Of a stretch of 64,000 nt of DNA, positions 1 through 9,216 are shown in pieces; the stretch's first letter is position 1, and each line of letters starts with the position of its first letter. Made by a program: the position numbers and the translations under genes. The DNA lies in the NCBI GenBank assembly GCA_964633875.1, contig CAZWKL010000005.1, positions 12,412 through 76,411 on the forward strand. The letters are read 5' to 3'. The stretch comes from an uncultured Pseudomonadales bacterium (lineage in GTDB: Bacteria; Patescibacteriota; Microgenomatia; UBA1400; PJMF01). Below the pieces are notes generated by a model. That model was given only the letters and a program-made list of their open reading frames with translations, did no database searches and was not told the origin of the DNA.

Positions 1-39
1 TCCGAAGACAAGTGCTCTAATCCACTGAGCTACTGGCGC
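1..39 (-). tRNA. tRNA-Arg(UCG), 5' half only; runs off the window start
   Basis: Reverse complement GCGCCAG-TA-GCTCAGTGGATTAGAGC-A-CTTGT-CT-TCG-GA: acceptor strand, D arm and anticodon loop. Confidence 0.85.
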
Positions 40-132
40 TTGAAAGCATATTGTACCTCAAAAGCCTGGCTGAGTACACAAATCTTACCCCCAGACAAAA
101 CCAAAAAAATCTACTATAATCACCTAGTAATT

Positions 133-846
133 ATGGAAATTAATTACTACCCCCTCATCAACAAAGTTTACCGCTTACTCAATCTCAAAAAAGAGATCTC
201 TGACGATGAAGACTACGAAAGCTCTTTTATCGTGCCTTTTATTACCGTCGCCCGTGAGCCAGGCAGTGGCGGTGCGCCGATTGCTAGGAGAGTGGCGGAA
301 AAACTCAACTTTGAGTTCATTGATGAGCAGTTGGTTGATGAAATCGCCAAATCCACCAAAAAACGCAAGCAAATCATTAGCGCCATCGACGAAAAGAGCA
401 GAACTAAGTTTGAAGACATCGTTCACAACCTTTTCAATACTGAGTATGTTGACGACTACAAATACATTTCAGAACTGGCCAAACTGATTCTGGCTCATGC
501 TCACAAAGGCAGAACTGTCATCCTGGGCAGAGGCGCCAATTTTATTACTCCTTTTGCCAAAGGCTTACATGTTAACATTACTGCGCCCTACGAAGTCCGG
601 GTGCAACGGGCGATGGATTTTGAAGGCCACACTCGAGCCACAGCCAAAAAAGTGATTGCTAAAGTCGAAAAAGAGCGCCGGGATTTTGTTCAACAGTACT
701 TCAAAAAAGACCTTACCAAACACAACGCCTATGACTTAACCATCAATACCACCTATTTCCGGGTAGAAGAGGCTGCCGACGTCATTATCGAAGCTCTCAA
801 AAGAAAGTTCAGCCGCTCTTTCCCGAGACTTGGGAAACGCATCTAA
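133..846 (+). CDS. Cytidylate kinase-like family protein
   Basis: ITVAREPGSGG, ILGRGANF and YDLTINT motifs; ATG 133 preferred over the track start at 40. Confidence 0.8.
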   Translation: MEINYYPLINKVYRLLNLKKEISDDEDYESSFIVPFITVAREPGSGGAPIARRVAEKLNFEFIDEQLVDEIAKSTKKRKQIISAIDEKSRTKFEDIVHNLFNTEYVDDYKYISELAKLILAHAHKGRTVILGRGANFITPFAKGLHVNITAPYEVRVQRAMDFEGHTRATAKKVIAKVEKERRDFVQQYFKKDLTKHNAYDLTINTTYFRVEEAADVIIEALKRKFSRSFPRLGKRI

Positions 847-880
847 TTGTATTACAATACAGTCTTGTTGATATGCTAAT

Positions 881-963
881 GCCGAAGTGGCGGAATGGTA
901 GACGCGCACGCTTCAGGAGCGTGTGGAGGCAACTCCGTGGAGGTTCAAATCCTCTCTTCGGCA
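881..963 (+). tRNA. tRNA-Leu(CAG)
   Basis: Cloverleaf GCCGAAG...CTTCGGC-A, anticodon loop TT-CAG-GA, long variable arm, TTCAAAT T-loop. Confidence 0.95.
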
Positions 964-970
964 CAGACAA

Positions 971-2419
971 ATGCAACAAACCCAAAAAATTATCACACTG
1001 CTCCTGGCTACCTGCTTCCTGGCATTTGTAGTTTTGTCCTGGTGGTTACTGTTTCGTGATGAACGAGCGCTGGCAGGTATTGGGTTTTTTTATCCGCATT
1101 TGGCTGGCTGGCTTTTTGCCACTCGCACCTGGCTGCTTGACCGAAGCGTCAATTTGTTACCCACGCTGTTGTTTGCAGCAACCAGCCTGGTTGCTTTTGC
1201 TACTTACCTAGTCAGCTTAAGACTTAATTTTTCTAAGCGCACCAGTATTACGATGGCGTTAGTATTCCAAGTTGTGGCTTTTTTTTCATACCCGGTGTTG
1301 TCTACAGATATTTTTTCTTACATTTATTCGGATCGGGTACTTTTTGAGTACGGCCAAAACCCGTGGGAAGTTGCTCCCGGAAATTTTCCTGACGATTCTT
1401 TTGGCTTGATGGCAGATTGGACCGATCAAACCAGAGTTTATGGACTAGTCAATCAAATAATTTACTGGCCGGCTGCTGTGATTGGGGCGGGGCAGTTGCT
1501 CTCAACAGTGCTGAGTTATAAATTAGTAGCAGTGGTTTTTTATCTGGCCGCACTGGCTACTAGCTTAAAGTTAGTCGAAAAATGGCCAGAAAAACGCCAG
1601 GCTTTGCTGGTTCGGGCTATTTTTTGGAATCCTCTAATAGTACTGGAATTTGTGTCATCGGCCCATAACGATATTGCTATGATTTTTTTCCTATTATTGA
1701 GTTTGGCTTTTTGGAACAAAAAAGTGTGGTTTTTGGCGGGGATGCTGATAGCTTTGTCAGTGCAGGTCAAGCTTATTCCTGTTTTGGCCTTTGGTTTTTT
1801 CACGCTACAATTGCTTCAAGAGAAAAATCTCCGCGCGCTTACTCAATATACATTGAGTTTTCTGGCCGTTAATTTCCTGTCGTTTGCACTCATGGGTATT
1901 AGCCCGCTGAGTTTCCTTGAGCGCGTGCTTTACAACACCACTGTTTATTGGCAGTCTTTACCCGAATTAGTTGAGAGATTCTTGCCTGGAATTACAATGC
2001 CATTTGCCTTGATTTTTGTAGTAGTTGTAGCCGCGTTGGCGGCATTACAAATCAAAAATGGCTGGCCGCCGCTTAAAACTACCGCTCTGGCTTTAGCGCT
2101 GTATCTGGTTTTCTTTTCTGCCGCTAATTGGAATTGGTACATTCTTTGGCCATTTGTGCTGATTTTATTCTTGGAAGAGAATAGTGGACTCAAAAATTAC
2201 CTGTTATTGGCTACCGGCACTGCGCTGATGGCTTATCCGCTGCTTTGGTTTTCACACCGGTTTGGGTTTGGCCACCCGGCTTGGTCACTTGCAACCTACT
2301 TGCTTATCTTTGTCTTGCCCCTTATAGCAATCAAGATTAACAACGTTAAAAAACTGCGGCACACACCTTTACTCGGGGAGCATTCTCGATTATACTATGG
2401 CACATCATTTAACAAATAA
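971..2419 (+). CDS. Polytopic membrane glycosyltransferase, GT-C fold (MptA/MptB/GT87-like)
   Basis: Many TM helices; STDIFSY, YG.NPW, WNPL, SAHND motifs. Start moved to 971 because 923 lies inside tRNA-Leu. Confidence 0.7.
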   Translation: MQQTQKIITLLLATCFLAFVVLSWWLLFRDERALAGIGFFYPHLAGWLFATRTWLLDRSVNLLPTLLFAATSLVAFATYLVSLRLNFSKRTSITMALVFQVVAFFSYPVLSTDIFSYIYSDRVLFEYGQNPWEVAPGNFPDDSFGLMADWTDQTRVYGLVNQIIYWPAAVIGAGQLLSTVLSYKLVAVVFYLAALATSLKLVEKWPEKRQALLVRAIFWNPLIVLEFVSSAHNDIAMIFFLLLSLAFWNKKVWFLAGMLIALSVQVKLIPVLAFGFFTLQLLQEKNLRALTQYTLSFLAVNFLSFALMGISPLSFLERVLYNTTVYWQSLPELVERFLPGITMPFALIFVVVVAALAALQIKNGWPPLKTTALALALYLVFFSAANWNWYILWPFVLILFLEENSGLKNYLLLATGTALMAYPLLWFSHRFGFGHPAWSLATYLLIFVLPLIAIKINNVKKLRHTPLLGEHSRLYYGTSFNK

Positions 2420-2501
2420 GCCCAGGTGGTGGAACAGGTAGACACGCAGTCTTGAGGAGGCTGTGCTTAACAGCGTGGAGGTTCAAGTCCTCTCCTGGGC
2501 A
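2420..2501 (+). tRNA. tRNA-Leu(GAG)
   Basis: GCCCAGG...CCTGGGC-A, anticodon loop TT-GAG-GA, long variable arm. Confidence 0.95.
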
Positions 2502-2702
2502 CTATGAAAATCTGCATCTGCTCGTCGATGGCTTTTTATCCTCAATGACATTATCAAGATAAAATAATAAACCATGACAGCAATAGAGATTGATAGTTTC
2601 CATTAGCCTGGTAAAATATAATCATTATCGGGAGGAGGGTTCTAATAAGAGTCGTCCCCACACCAATACCAGTAATTACTGCTAATTGGTTTTAAAAATA
2701 TT

Positions 2703-2942
2703 GTGATGGCAGACTATAAAAAAGGACCTCTGGTCATATCAATAAAACAGATTAAGGGTGAAACTCCTGCGAAGATCACTTTCGTTGGTGAAAAAGAGGA
2801 CAAATATCCGAATAATCTGTATATTGACGTTACTCCAGAAGAAGCAGCAGAAATTCGTAGCACTGGACAACTACCTGTATCAGTACAAGATAAAATATCA
2901 GAAAGTCAGCACACTCTGCCACCAGATAACTCGGCCGCTTAG
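2703..2942 (+). CDS. Small hypothetical protein in AT-rich segment
   Basis: 79-aa ORF between tRNAs; last 10 nt overlap tRNA-Val. Confidence 0.5.
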   Translation: MMADYKKGPLVISIKQIKGETPAKITFVGEKEDKYPNNLYIDVTPEEAAEIRSTGQLPVSVQDKISESQHTLPPDNSAA

Positions 2943-3006
2943 CTCAGTTGGTTAGAGCGTCCGGTTTACATCCGGGAAGTCGGGGGTTCGAGTCCCTCAG
3001 CGGCCA
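2933..3006 (+). tRNA. tRNA-Val(UAC)
   Basis: GGCCGCT...AGCGGCC-A, anticodon loop TT-TAC-AT, TTCGAGT T-loop. Confidence 0.95.
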
Positions 3007-3011
3007 CATAT

Positions 3012-3060
3012 GCCAAGCTAGCCAAGGTGGTTCCGCCTACGGCGGATCTGAAAAACATGA
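3012..3060 (+). pseudogene. Partial 5' duplicate of tRNA-Phe interrupted by palindrome TCCGCCTACGGCGGA (3032-3046)
   Basis: Same 20-nt and 14-nt arms as tRNA-Phe 81 nt downstream; internal CACGGCGCATG replaced. Confidence 0.9.
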
Positions 3061-3092
3061 AACGCTAGCGATTAACAAACGATTTGATACAA

Positions 3093-3168
3093 GCCAAGCT
3101 AGCCAAGGTGGTCACGGCGCATGTCTGAAAAACATGAGATTGAGGTTCGACTCCTCAGCTTGGCACCA
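3093..3168 (+). tRNA. tRNA-Phe(GAA), CCA encoded
   Basis: GCCAAGC...GCTTGGC-ACCA, anticodon arm CATGT-CT-GAA-AA-ACATG. Confidence 0.95.
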
Positions 3169-3170
3169 TC

Positions 3171-3199
3171 AAAAAACGCCCTCTCGTTGGGCGTTTTTT
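3171..3199. terminator. Probable bidirectional intrinsic terminator
   Basis: AAAAAACGCCC-tctcgtt-GGGCGTTTTTT between tRNA-Phe and a convergent CDS. Confidence 0.75.
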
Positions 3200-3212
3200 C
3201 TTCCAACTGCGT

Positions 3213-4028
3213 TTACTCTTTCCACTGTGCGTTTGCCTTCTTATGATCGGCCTCATCGGCAACATCAAACCAAATTCCCTGAAAAATAAAAGCGCTCAGC
3301 TCTCCGTTTTCGGCCAGTTTAGGAAAAATGTCTGCCTCCATGCTGGCCACTTTGCCCCTGGGAATAGCCGTCAAAACCTCCGAATTTAGAACATAAATGC
3401 CGGTATTAACAATACTAATACCTTTATTGGCGCCCCTCTCCATAAAACGAATGATTTTATTGCCATGCAGAAAAGCCTGGCCAAATTTTTTCTCACTCAT
3501 TCGCGGCTTAACCCCAATCGTTGCCTTCGTATTTTCGCGCAAATGAAACTTAATCAAATCTTGAAGATTAATATCTGTCAAAACATCGCCGTGAATGACC
3601 AAAAAAGGATTGCCTGTCACATATTTTTCAGTCAATTTAAGAGCGCCGGCCGTGCCCAGCGGCTTTTTTTCCTCCACATAGGTAAGCTTCACCCCAAACT
3701 GGCTGCCATCGCCAAAAACTGTTTTAATCTGTTTTTCGTAAATACCGCCACAAACGTAAACATCAACAATTCCATGCTTCTTGAGATTTTCCAAAGTAAT
3801 GGCCAATAAAGGCCGGTTGCCAATTTTTTTCAGCGCGAGCGGAGTAGCTAATTTTCTCTTGCCACCAGCCAAAATCACCGCCATCGACACTGTTGGCTCC
3901 ATGCTGCTACGAATCAGCAACTCAATCGCGTGAGAACGATTACGCACTGCTTTGCCATCCACCAAATCATCAACCTTGGTTAAAAGCTCTCCGGGTAAAG
4001 TAATTGTCAACCTGGACTTGTGCCTCAT
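3213..4028 (-). CDS. Ribbon-helix-helix domain fused to sugar-phosphate nucleotidyltransferase domain
   Basis: N-term RLTITLP...VD...NRSHAIE (CopG/NikR-like); then VILAGG, EEKKPLGTAGAL, HGDVL, NTGIY, WFDV. Confidence 0.8.
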   Translation of the reverse strand: MRHKSRLTITLPGELLTKVDDLVDGKAVRNRSHAIELLIRSSMEPTVSMAVILAGGKRKLATPLALKKIGNRPLLAITLENLKKHGIVDVYVCGGIYEKQIKTVFGDGSQFGVKLTYVEEKKPLGTAGALKLTEKYVTGNPFLVIHGDVLTDINLQDLIKFHLRENTKATIGVKPRMSEKKFGQAFLHGNKIIRFMERGANKGISIVNTGIYVLNSEVLTAIPRGKVASMEADIFPKLAENGELSAFIFQGIWFDVADEADHKKANAQWKE

Positions 4029-4091
4029 AGGTCATACTTTATCATACATTAGACCTGCAGCAAAATCAGTCGGGGCAAAATTCGCTTAAAA

Positions 4092-5102
4092 CTATTCCGC
4101 AGCACTGAGCTGCAGTTGCTGGTTAAAATATTGCTTCTCCATAGCTGAGCGAAAGGCATTATATTGGGCAGTAGGATTATCGGCTGTATCAAGAAAACTA
4201 AAACCGGCAAACGGCCCGGGCGAGCCTTTCAAAATAAACGGTGTCACCGCTGCCACTCTGTCATGCGACCAAATATGCTCAAGAGCGTAAACATAGTAAG
4301 CGGGCAACCAACGCCTGAGAGCAGAGCTTTCCTCCCAGCCGGTTTCAGTGATATAAACTTGCAAATCTTGCTTAGTTTTACCTGCCAAAAACTGTAGCTC
4401 ATACTCGAAACCATTCATGCCATTTTTGGCTTTTCTCTGCGGTGAGGCCGCGAAACCAGGATTAGGATAAGAGTGCGAGTTCCAAGCATCAGCATAAGCA
4501 AAAATCTCTGGGTCAAACTCATGCATCCGCGTTAAATAATTAAAAGCTTCCATAGTTTCCGGACCATTAGGAGCGGCCAAATCCATCGCTGCCGGCATCA
4601 CTACAAACGCACTGTCCACCGCGTGAGCCCAACTGCTGGCAAAACGAAAAACCCGGGCGTAATCAATCGGATCAATGACGCCACCCCATTCCTTAGCGTG
4701 ATTGACCTCGTTGTAAATAATGATGTGTTTCTGCTGAGTGGGCCACTGAAATTGACTCAAGGCATTGATCTGATCCACTGTATTTTTGCGGTTGGGAATA
4801 GTCCAGCCCTGGCCATCCATGGTAGAGGCCAGTCTGACAATAGGAATAATTCTGTTTTCCTTGGCTTCATCGAAAAACTTTTGCCACTGAGAGGTTTTGT
4901 CAATGTCCTCAAGAGTGTAGGGCACCGTCACGTAATGCCAATTTTTATCTACCTCATGCATCCGCACCAACTGCTTGGCATCCACTATTTCTTCAGGATG
5001 AAGAATATGAATACCCATCTTAGAAACATTGGCTGCGCTGACCTGAGCAGGAAACACCCACAGCCCAAAAAACAGCAAGCTGAGCAACAATTTTTTCATC
5101 AT
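4092..5102 (-). CDS. Secreted clan GH-A-like glycoside hydrolase
   Basis: Signal peptide; YNEVN acid/base, SHSYP and ITETGW nucleophile motifs. Confidence 0.6.
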   Translation of the reverse strand: MMKKLLLSLLFFGLWVFPAQVSAANVSKMGIHILHPEEIVDAKQLVRMHEVDKNWHYVTVPYTLEDIDKTSQWQKFFDEAKENRIIPIVRLASTMDGQGWTIPNRKNTVDQINALSQFQWPTQQKHIIIYNEVNHAKEWGGVIDPIDYARVFRFASSWAHAVDSAFVVMPAAMDLAAPNGPETMEAFNYLTRMHEFDPEIFAYADAWNSHSYPNPGFAASPQRKAKNGMNGFEYELQFLAGKTKQDLQVYITETGWEESSALRRWLPAYYVYALEHIWSHDRVAAVTPFILKGSPGPFAGFSFLDTADNPTAQYNAFRSAMEKQYFNQQLQLSAAE

Positions 5103-5253
5103 TGTAATATTATAGGATATCATATTTTGCTTGCACAGTCCATACTGGCCTACTTCGGCCCTTACTTTTCTTGCTTTGCTATACTAGCATACAGACACGG
5201 TTTTTAGAGAAAATAATTGTAATAATTGTGTAAAAGTCGAAGCTAGTAAAATT

Positions 5254-6021
5254 ATGAAAGCTGTCTTTTTAGCTTTTTCCTGGATATTGCTTTCCTCTGG
5301 AGTGATCCTTACTGGTATCGCTGGGCTGCAGTTTTTTAATCTGGCTGAAGCGATTAAGCAAACTGAAGAAACACCGTCAAATGTCTTAATTTCTTCCTCT
5401 CTGGACGAATCGATGAGAATTGATGGCGCTAGTGCCGCCAATATGGCTGCAATTATGGAGGCCGGCGACGCCAGAGCCCAGATTATCGCTAATTTCCTCG
5501 AGAGGCATAATTCTCCCCTCAAGCCGTACGATTATTATGGTGAGTTTTTGGTTGAAACAGCGGATAAATATGGCCTGGATTTCCGGTTTTTGCCAGCCAT
5601 CATGATGGAGGAGAGCAATCTTTGCCGAGTGACACCGAAAATCCGCACCAATCCTGACGACCCAGATTCCGGTTTAGCCGAAACTTATAATTGTTTAGGT
5701 TTGGGTGTTCACTCGAGGGGAACTTGGGGGTTTAAATCCTATGAAGAAAATCTGGAAAAAGCTGCCGAAATCCTCAAAAAAAATTATATTGACCAAGGCA
5801 GGCTGACAACTTATCAGGTAGCGCAAAAATATACCGCCAGCGTGGATAAATGGACCAACTCGGTCAATCAATGGATGGCGGAAATGCGCTATGACGACCG
5901 AGTTCTAGGGCGTTCCATGAAAGAAAATACCGATGTAACCGAGTTTACCGGCAGCAGCGCCACGCCCGCTGCTACTCTATCGCCCGAAACTGATTTGGTG
6001 CCACTCGACTCACTCGAGTAA
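5254..6021 (+). CDS. Membrane-anchored lysozyme-fold (glucosaminidase/transglycosylase-like) protein
   Basis: N-terminal TM; ADKYGLDFRFLPAIMMEES, NCLGLG and F.SYEE pattern. Confidence 0.55.
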   Translation: MKAVFLAFSWILLSSGVILTGIAGLQFFNLAEAIKQTEETPSNVLISSSLDESMRIDGASAANMAAIMEAGDARAQIIANFLERHNSPLKPYDYYGEFLVETADKYGLDFRFLPAIMMEESNLCRVTPKIRTNPDDPDSGLAETYNCLGLGVHSRGTWGFKSYEENLEKAAEILKKNYIDQGRLTTYQVAQKYTASVDKWTNSVNQWMAEMRYDDRVLGRSMKENTDVTEFTGSSATPAATLSPETDLVPLDSLE

Positions 6022-6155
6022 AAAACAACTTTTCCTCAAGAGATATTATTATATAATTTGATATATTTTAATAGGTTATTGACACTTATAGACATTTAGT
6101 ATATATTTTGATTACCTCTGAAGGTTCGACCTCACCGGGACGTACGTTCAGAGAC

Positions 6156-6192
6156 AAAAAAACCCTGGCTTCTGGCCAGGGTTTTTTGTTTT
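6156..6192. terminator. Intrinsic terminator for tRNA-Leu(UAG), probably bidirectional
   Basis: AAAAAAACCCTGGC-ttctg-GCCAGGGTTTTTT. Confidence 0.8.
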
Positions 6193-6195
6193 GAG

Positions 6196-6277
6196 TGCCA
6201 CGGGTGGGACTCGAACCCACACGGCTTGCGCCACACGATTCTAAGTCGTGCTTGTCTACCAATTCCAACACCGTGGC
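6196..6277 (-). tRNA. tRNA-Leu(UAG)
   Basis: Reverse complement GCCACGG...CCGTGGC-A, anticodon loop CT-TAG-AA, long variable arm. Confidence 0.95.
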
Positions 6278-6346
6278 TAGATAAAAAAAGAGCCAGCTAT
6301 ATTCTACAGGAGCGTGATAAAATTGGCGAGTAACCGGTAGCAAACC

Positions 6347-7024
6347 ATGTCAGCCATCACTTATCAGCATCGCGTCAATCCCAGAGCTAAAAGGCTAATT
6401 ATGAGGGTGGAGCCGGATGGTACCGTCTTGGTCACCACACCCAGATTTACCCCGCAAAAAACCATTGCCCGTTTTGTTGAAGAGCACCAAGACTGGATTA
6501 CGGCTGAAAAAAACCGGCACCAAAATAAGCCACGGCCAATCACTCAAGATGAAGTGATGGTTTTTGGCAAAAAATACACCAAGACTTTGCGTTATTCTAG
6601 CCAAGTGCCGGTAGGAGTGAAAATTGTTGGTGACGAGCTCATCCTCAACCCCACCGAAAATAAATCATCCTGGGGTAGAAGCGAAAATAATTTACTGAAA
6701 AACTACCTCAAGCACACTGCCGAGAGATACATTCTTCCCAGAACCGCGCAATTTGGGGAAAAAATGGCTATTACCTATGGCGCTATCACCCTGAGAGAAC
6801 AAAAAACCAGGTGGGGTAGTTGCAGCAGCAGAGGTAATTTAAACTTCAACTGGCGGTTGGTGCATTACCCCCCGGAAATCATTGATTATGTGATCATTCA
6901 TGAGTTGGCTCACCGGCAACACATGAATCATTCTAAACAATTTTGGCACTTGGTGGCGGAACATGATCCCGCCTACCGCGTACACAGGGGGTTCTTGAAA
7001 AGACAGGGAATGTCGCTAGGATAA
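6347..7024 (+). CDS. YgjP/DUF45-like metal-dependent hydrolase
   Basis: KTRWGSCS and YVIIHELAH...NHSKQFW. Confidence 0.9.
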   Translation: MSAITYQHRVNPRAKRLIMRVEPDGTVLVTTPRFTPQKTIARFVEEHQDWITAEKNRHQNKPRPITQDEVMVFGKKYTKTLRYSSQVPVGVKIVGDELILNPTENKSSWGRSENNLLKNYLKHTAERYILPRTAQFGEKMAITYGAITLREQKTRWGSCSSRGNLNFNWRLVHYPPEIIDYVIIHELAHRQHMNHSKQFWHLVAEHDPAYRVHRGFLKRQGMSLG

Positions 7025-7029
7025 AGTCA

Positions 7030-7707
7030 ATGTTAATAATTCACGGAGACAATATCATCCAATCCAGGCAAAAGCTCAAGGAGGCGCTGGATCAAGCTAG
7101 GCAAAAGGGGCTGGAAATTGTCAGGGCGGAAGCGAAAAACCTCACTGAAGCGGCACTGGAGGAGCTTTTGGGAGCGACTGATTTGTTTGGCACTGGCAAT
7201 TTTATTATTATTGAAGGCCTCCACTCCCTGCCCCGGTCGAAAAAAAAAGATGCGCTCATTGAACAAACTGTTTCACATCAAACCGACAACCTGGTGCTTT
7301 GGGAAAAAAGAAGTCTCACCAAAACCATGCTCAAAAAGTTTCCTGCAGCCAAAGTAGAGGAATTTAAATCCAGTAGCGCCACTTTTAAATGGTTGGAGCT
7401 TTTGGGCACTCCTAGGCAAAAACAAAAACTTGAGCTGCTGCATCAAGGCATCGCAGCCGATAGCGATTACTTTTGTTTTATCATGCTGATTAGGCAAATT
7501 GGGCTGCTGATCCAGGCAAAGGATGGTGGCAAAATCGCCGGCCCGCCGTTTGTGGTGCAAAAAATTAAAAGCCAAGCGGCCAGACTCACCATGGCACAAC
7601 TGCTCGAAGTTCACGAAAAACTGTACCAACTCGATCTCAGGCAAAAAACTTCGCGATCACCGCTCAATCTGGCTCAGGAACTTGACCTGATCACTTTATC
7701 GTTGTAA
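7030..7707 (+). CDS. DNA polymerase III delta subunit-like protein (reduced HolA)
   Basis: IIHGD start, DLFG motif, P.FVVQKI...L.QLDL..K C-terminal pattern. Confidence 0.6.
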   Translation: MLIIHGDNIIQSRQKLKEALDQARQKGLEIVRAEAKNLTEAALEELLGATDLFGTGNFIIIEGLHSLPRSKKKDALIEQTVSHQTDNLVLWEKRSLTKTMLKKFPAAKVEEFKSSSATFKWLELLGTPRQKQKLELLHQGIAADSDYFCFIMLIRQIGLLIQAKDGGKIAGPPFVVQKIKSQAARLTMAQLLEVHEKLYQLDLRQKTSRSPLNLAQELDLITLSL

Positions 7708-7750
7708 ATTGGAGAAGTTCATACTTTTTCATACATTGCGAAGGAGCATT

Positions 7751-9163
7751 ATGGATATAAATCCCGGTATTTTCAAAGCCTACGACATCAGGGGAATTTG
7801 GAACAAAGAACTCTTCCCCGAAACTACCTATTTAATTGGCCTGGGTTTGGGCACTTACTTTAAGCGCAACGGTGTTACTACCGTTCATGTCAGTCGCGAT
7901 AACCGAGTAAGTGGCGAAGAAGTCCGGGATAATCTAGTCAAGGGCCTGAGAGAAACCGGCGCCAACGTCATAGATCTTGGAATGATTACTACGCCCATGA
8001 ACTATTCGAGTTGGTATCTGCGTGATGCGGTAGCCAGTATCAGCATTACTGCTTCCCACAACCCTCCGGAATATAATGGCTTCAAGGCAGCCCTGAATAA
8101 GGTCCATTTTACCTCCGAAGACTATCAGCAGATCAAGGACCTGGTCATCAGGAGTGATTTTGATAAAAGCAATGAGCCTGGTACTTACACTCAAGATGAC
8201 CTCTGGTCTGACTATGCAGCCCGGGTGACTCAGGATATCCGGCTCAAAAAACCGGTTAAGGTTGTGCTCGATTGTGGCAACGGCACCTGTAGTGACACCA
8301 CTGAAAAAATTCTTCGGGACATCGGTTGTGAGGTTATCGAACTTTTTTGTGAACATGACGGCTCTTTTCCCAACCATCCACCCTACCCACAAAAGGAGGA
8401 TTTTTATGCTGTGCTCAAAGAAACCATCGTCCACGAACAGGCTGACTTAGGCATTGCTATGGACGGAGATGGAGATCGGTTTGGTGTCTATGACGAACGG
8501 GGTAATTTTATTAGCAATGATTTAATAGGTGCCCTGATTGGTACGGGTATGGCTACAGAAAACCCCGGCATGAAAGCAGTGTTTAATGTTTCAACTTCCC
8601 GAATTGCTATTGACCAACTCGAAAATCAAGGCGTAACGGTGGTGCTTTGGAAAACCGGCTATCCATTTATTATTGAAAAGATGAAAGAAACCGGAGCACT
8701 TCTCGGTAACGAAATAGCCGGTCATTTTTTCCTCAAAGATAAATACTACGGTTTTGATGATGCTACCTACGCAGCCGCTCGCTTCATTGAATTCTATTCC
8801 AACCAAAACAAAACTGTTTCTGAGTTAGTGAATAGCATGCCCCAGTACCTGAGTACACCAGAATTTCGGGTACCCGCTCCGGATGAGCCAGACAACAATA
8901 AATTCACTATTATTGCCGCGATTGTGAAGGAATTCAGAGAAAAATTCAAAAATGCGGACATCATGGACTTTGATGGCCTCAGAATAACTTTCTCGGACAA
9001 CAGTTGGATTCTGATTAGAAATTCAAACACCGAACCGCTCATCACTGGCCGAGCTGAGGCAAAAACAGCAGAGCGACTTGGAGAGCTCAAAGAACTATTG
9101 GTATCGACGTTACAACAACATGGCGTAGCACTCGACTGGTCCAACCCAATTGCCAGTCACTAG
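7751..9163 (+). CDS. Phosphomannomutase/phosphoglucomutase
   Basis: FKAYDIRG, TASHNP, DGDGDR, R.SNTEP; RBS AAGGAG before ATG 7751. Confidence 0.95.
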   Translation: MDINPGIFKAYDIRGIWNKELFPETTYLIGLGLGTYFKRNGVTTVHVSRDNRVSGEEVRDNLVKGLRETGANVIDLGMITTPMNYSSWYLRDAVASISITASHNPPEYNGFKAALNKVHFTSEDYQQIKDLVIRSDFDKSNEPGTYTQDDLWSDYAARVTQDIRLKKPVKVVLDCGNGTCSDTTEKILRDIGCEVIELFCEHDGSFPNHPPYPQKEDFYAVLKETIVHEQADLGIAMDGDGDRFGVYDERGNFISNDLIGALIGTGMATENPGMKAVFNVSTSRIAIDQLENQGVTVVLWKTGYPFIIEKMKETGALLGNEIAGHFFLKDKYYGFDDATYAAARFIEFYSNQNKTVSELVNSMPQYLSTPEFRVPAPDEPDNNKFTIIAAIVKEFREKFKNADIMDFDGLRITFSDNSWILIRNSNTEPLITGRAEAKTAERLGELKELLVSTLQQHGVALDWSNPIASH

Positions 9164-9216
9164 GGGACAAACTGGAGTAAACTATAAGTACTCTGTACAG
9201 AAAACAATAAGGAATT

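Noticed and set aside
2948-3289. 113-aa ORF with repeated QASQGG
   Set aside because: Translation of tRNA-Val, the scarred duplicate and tRNA-Phe; not a gene.
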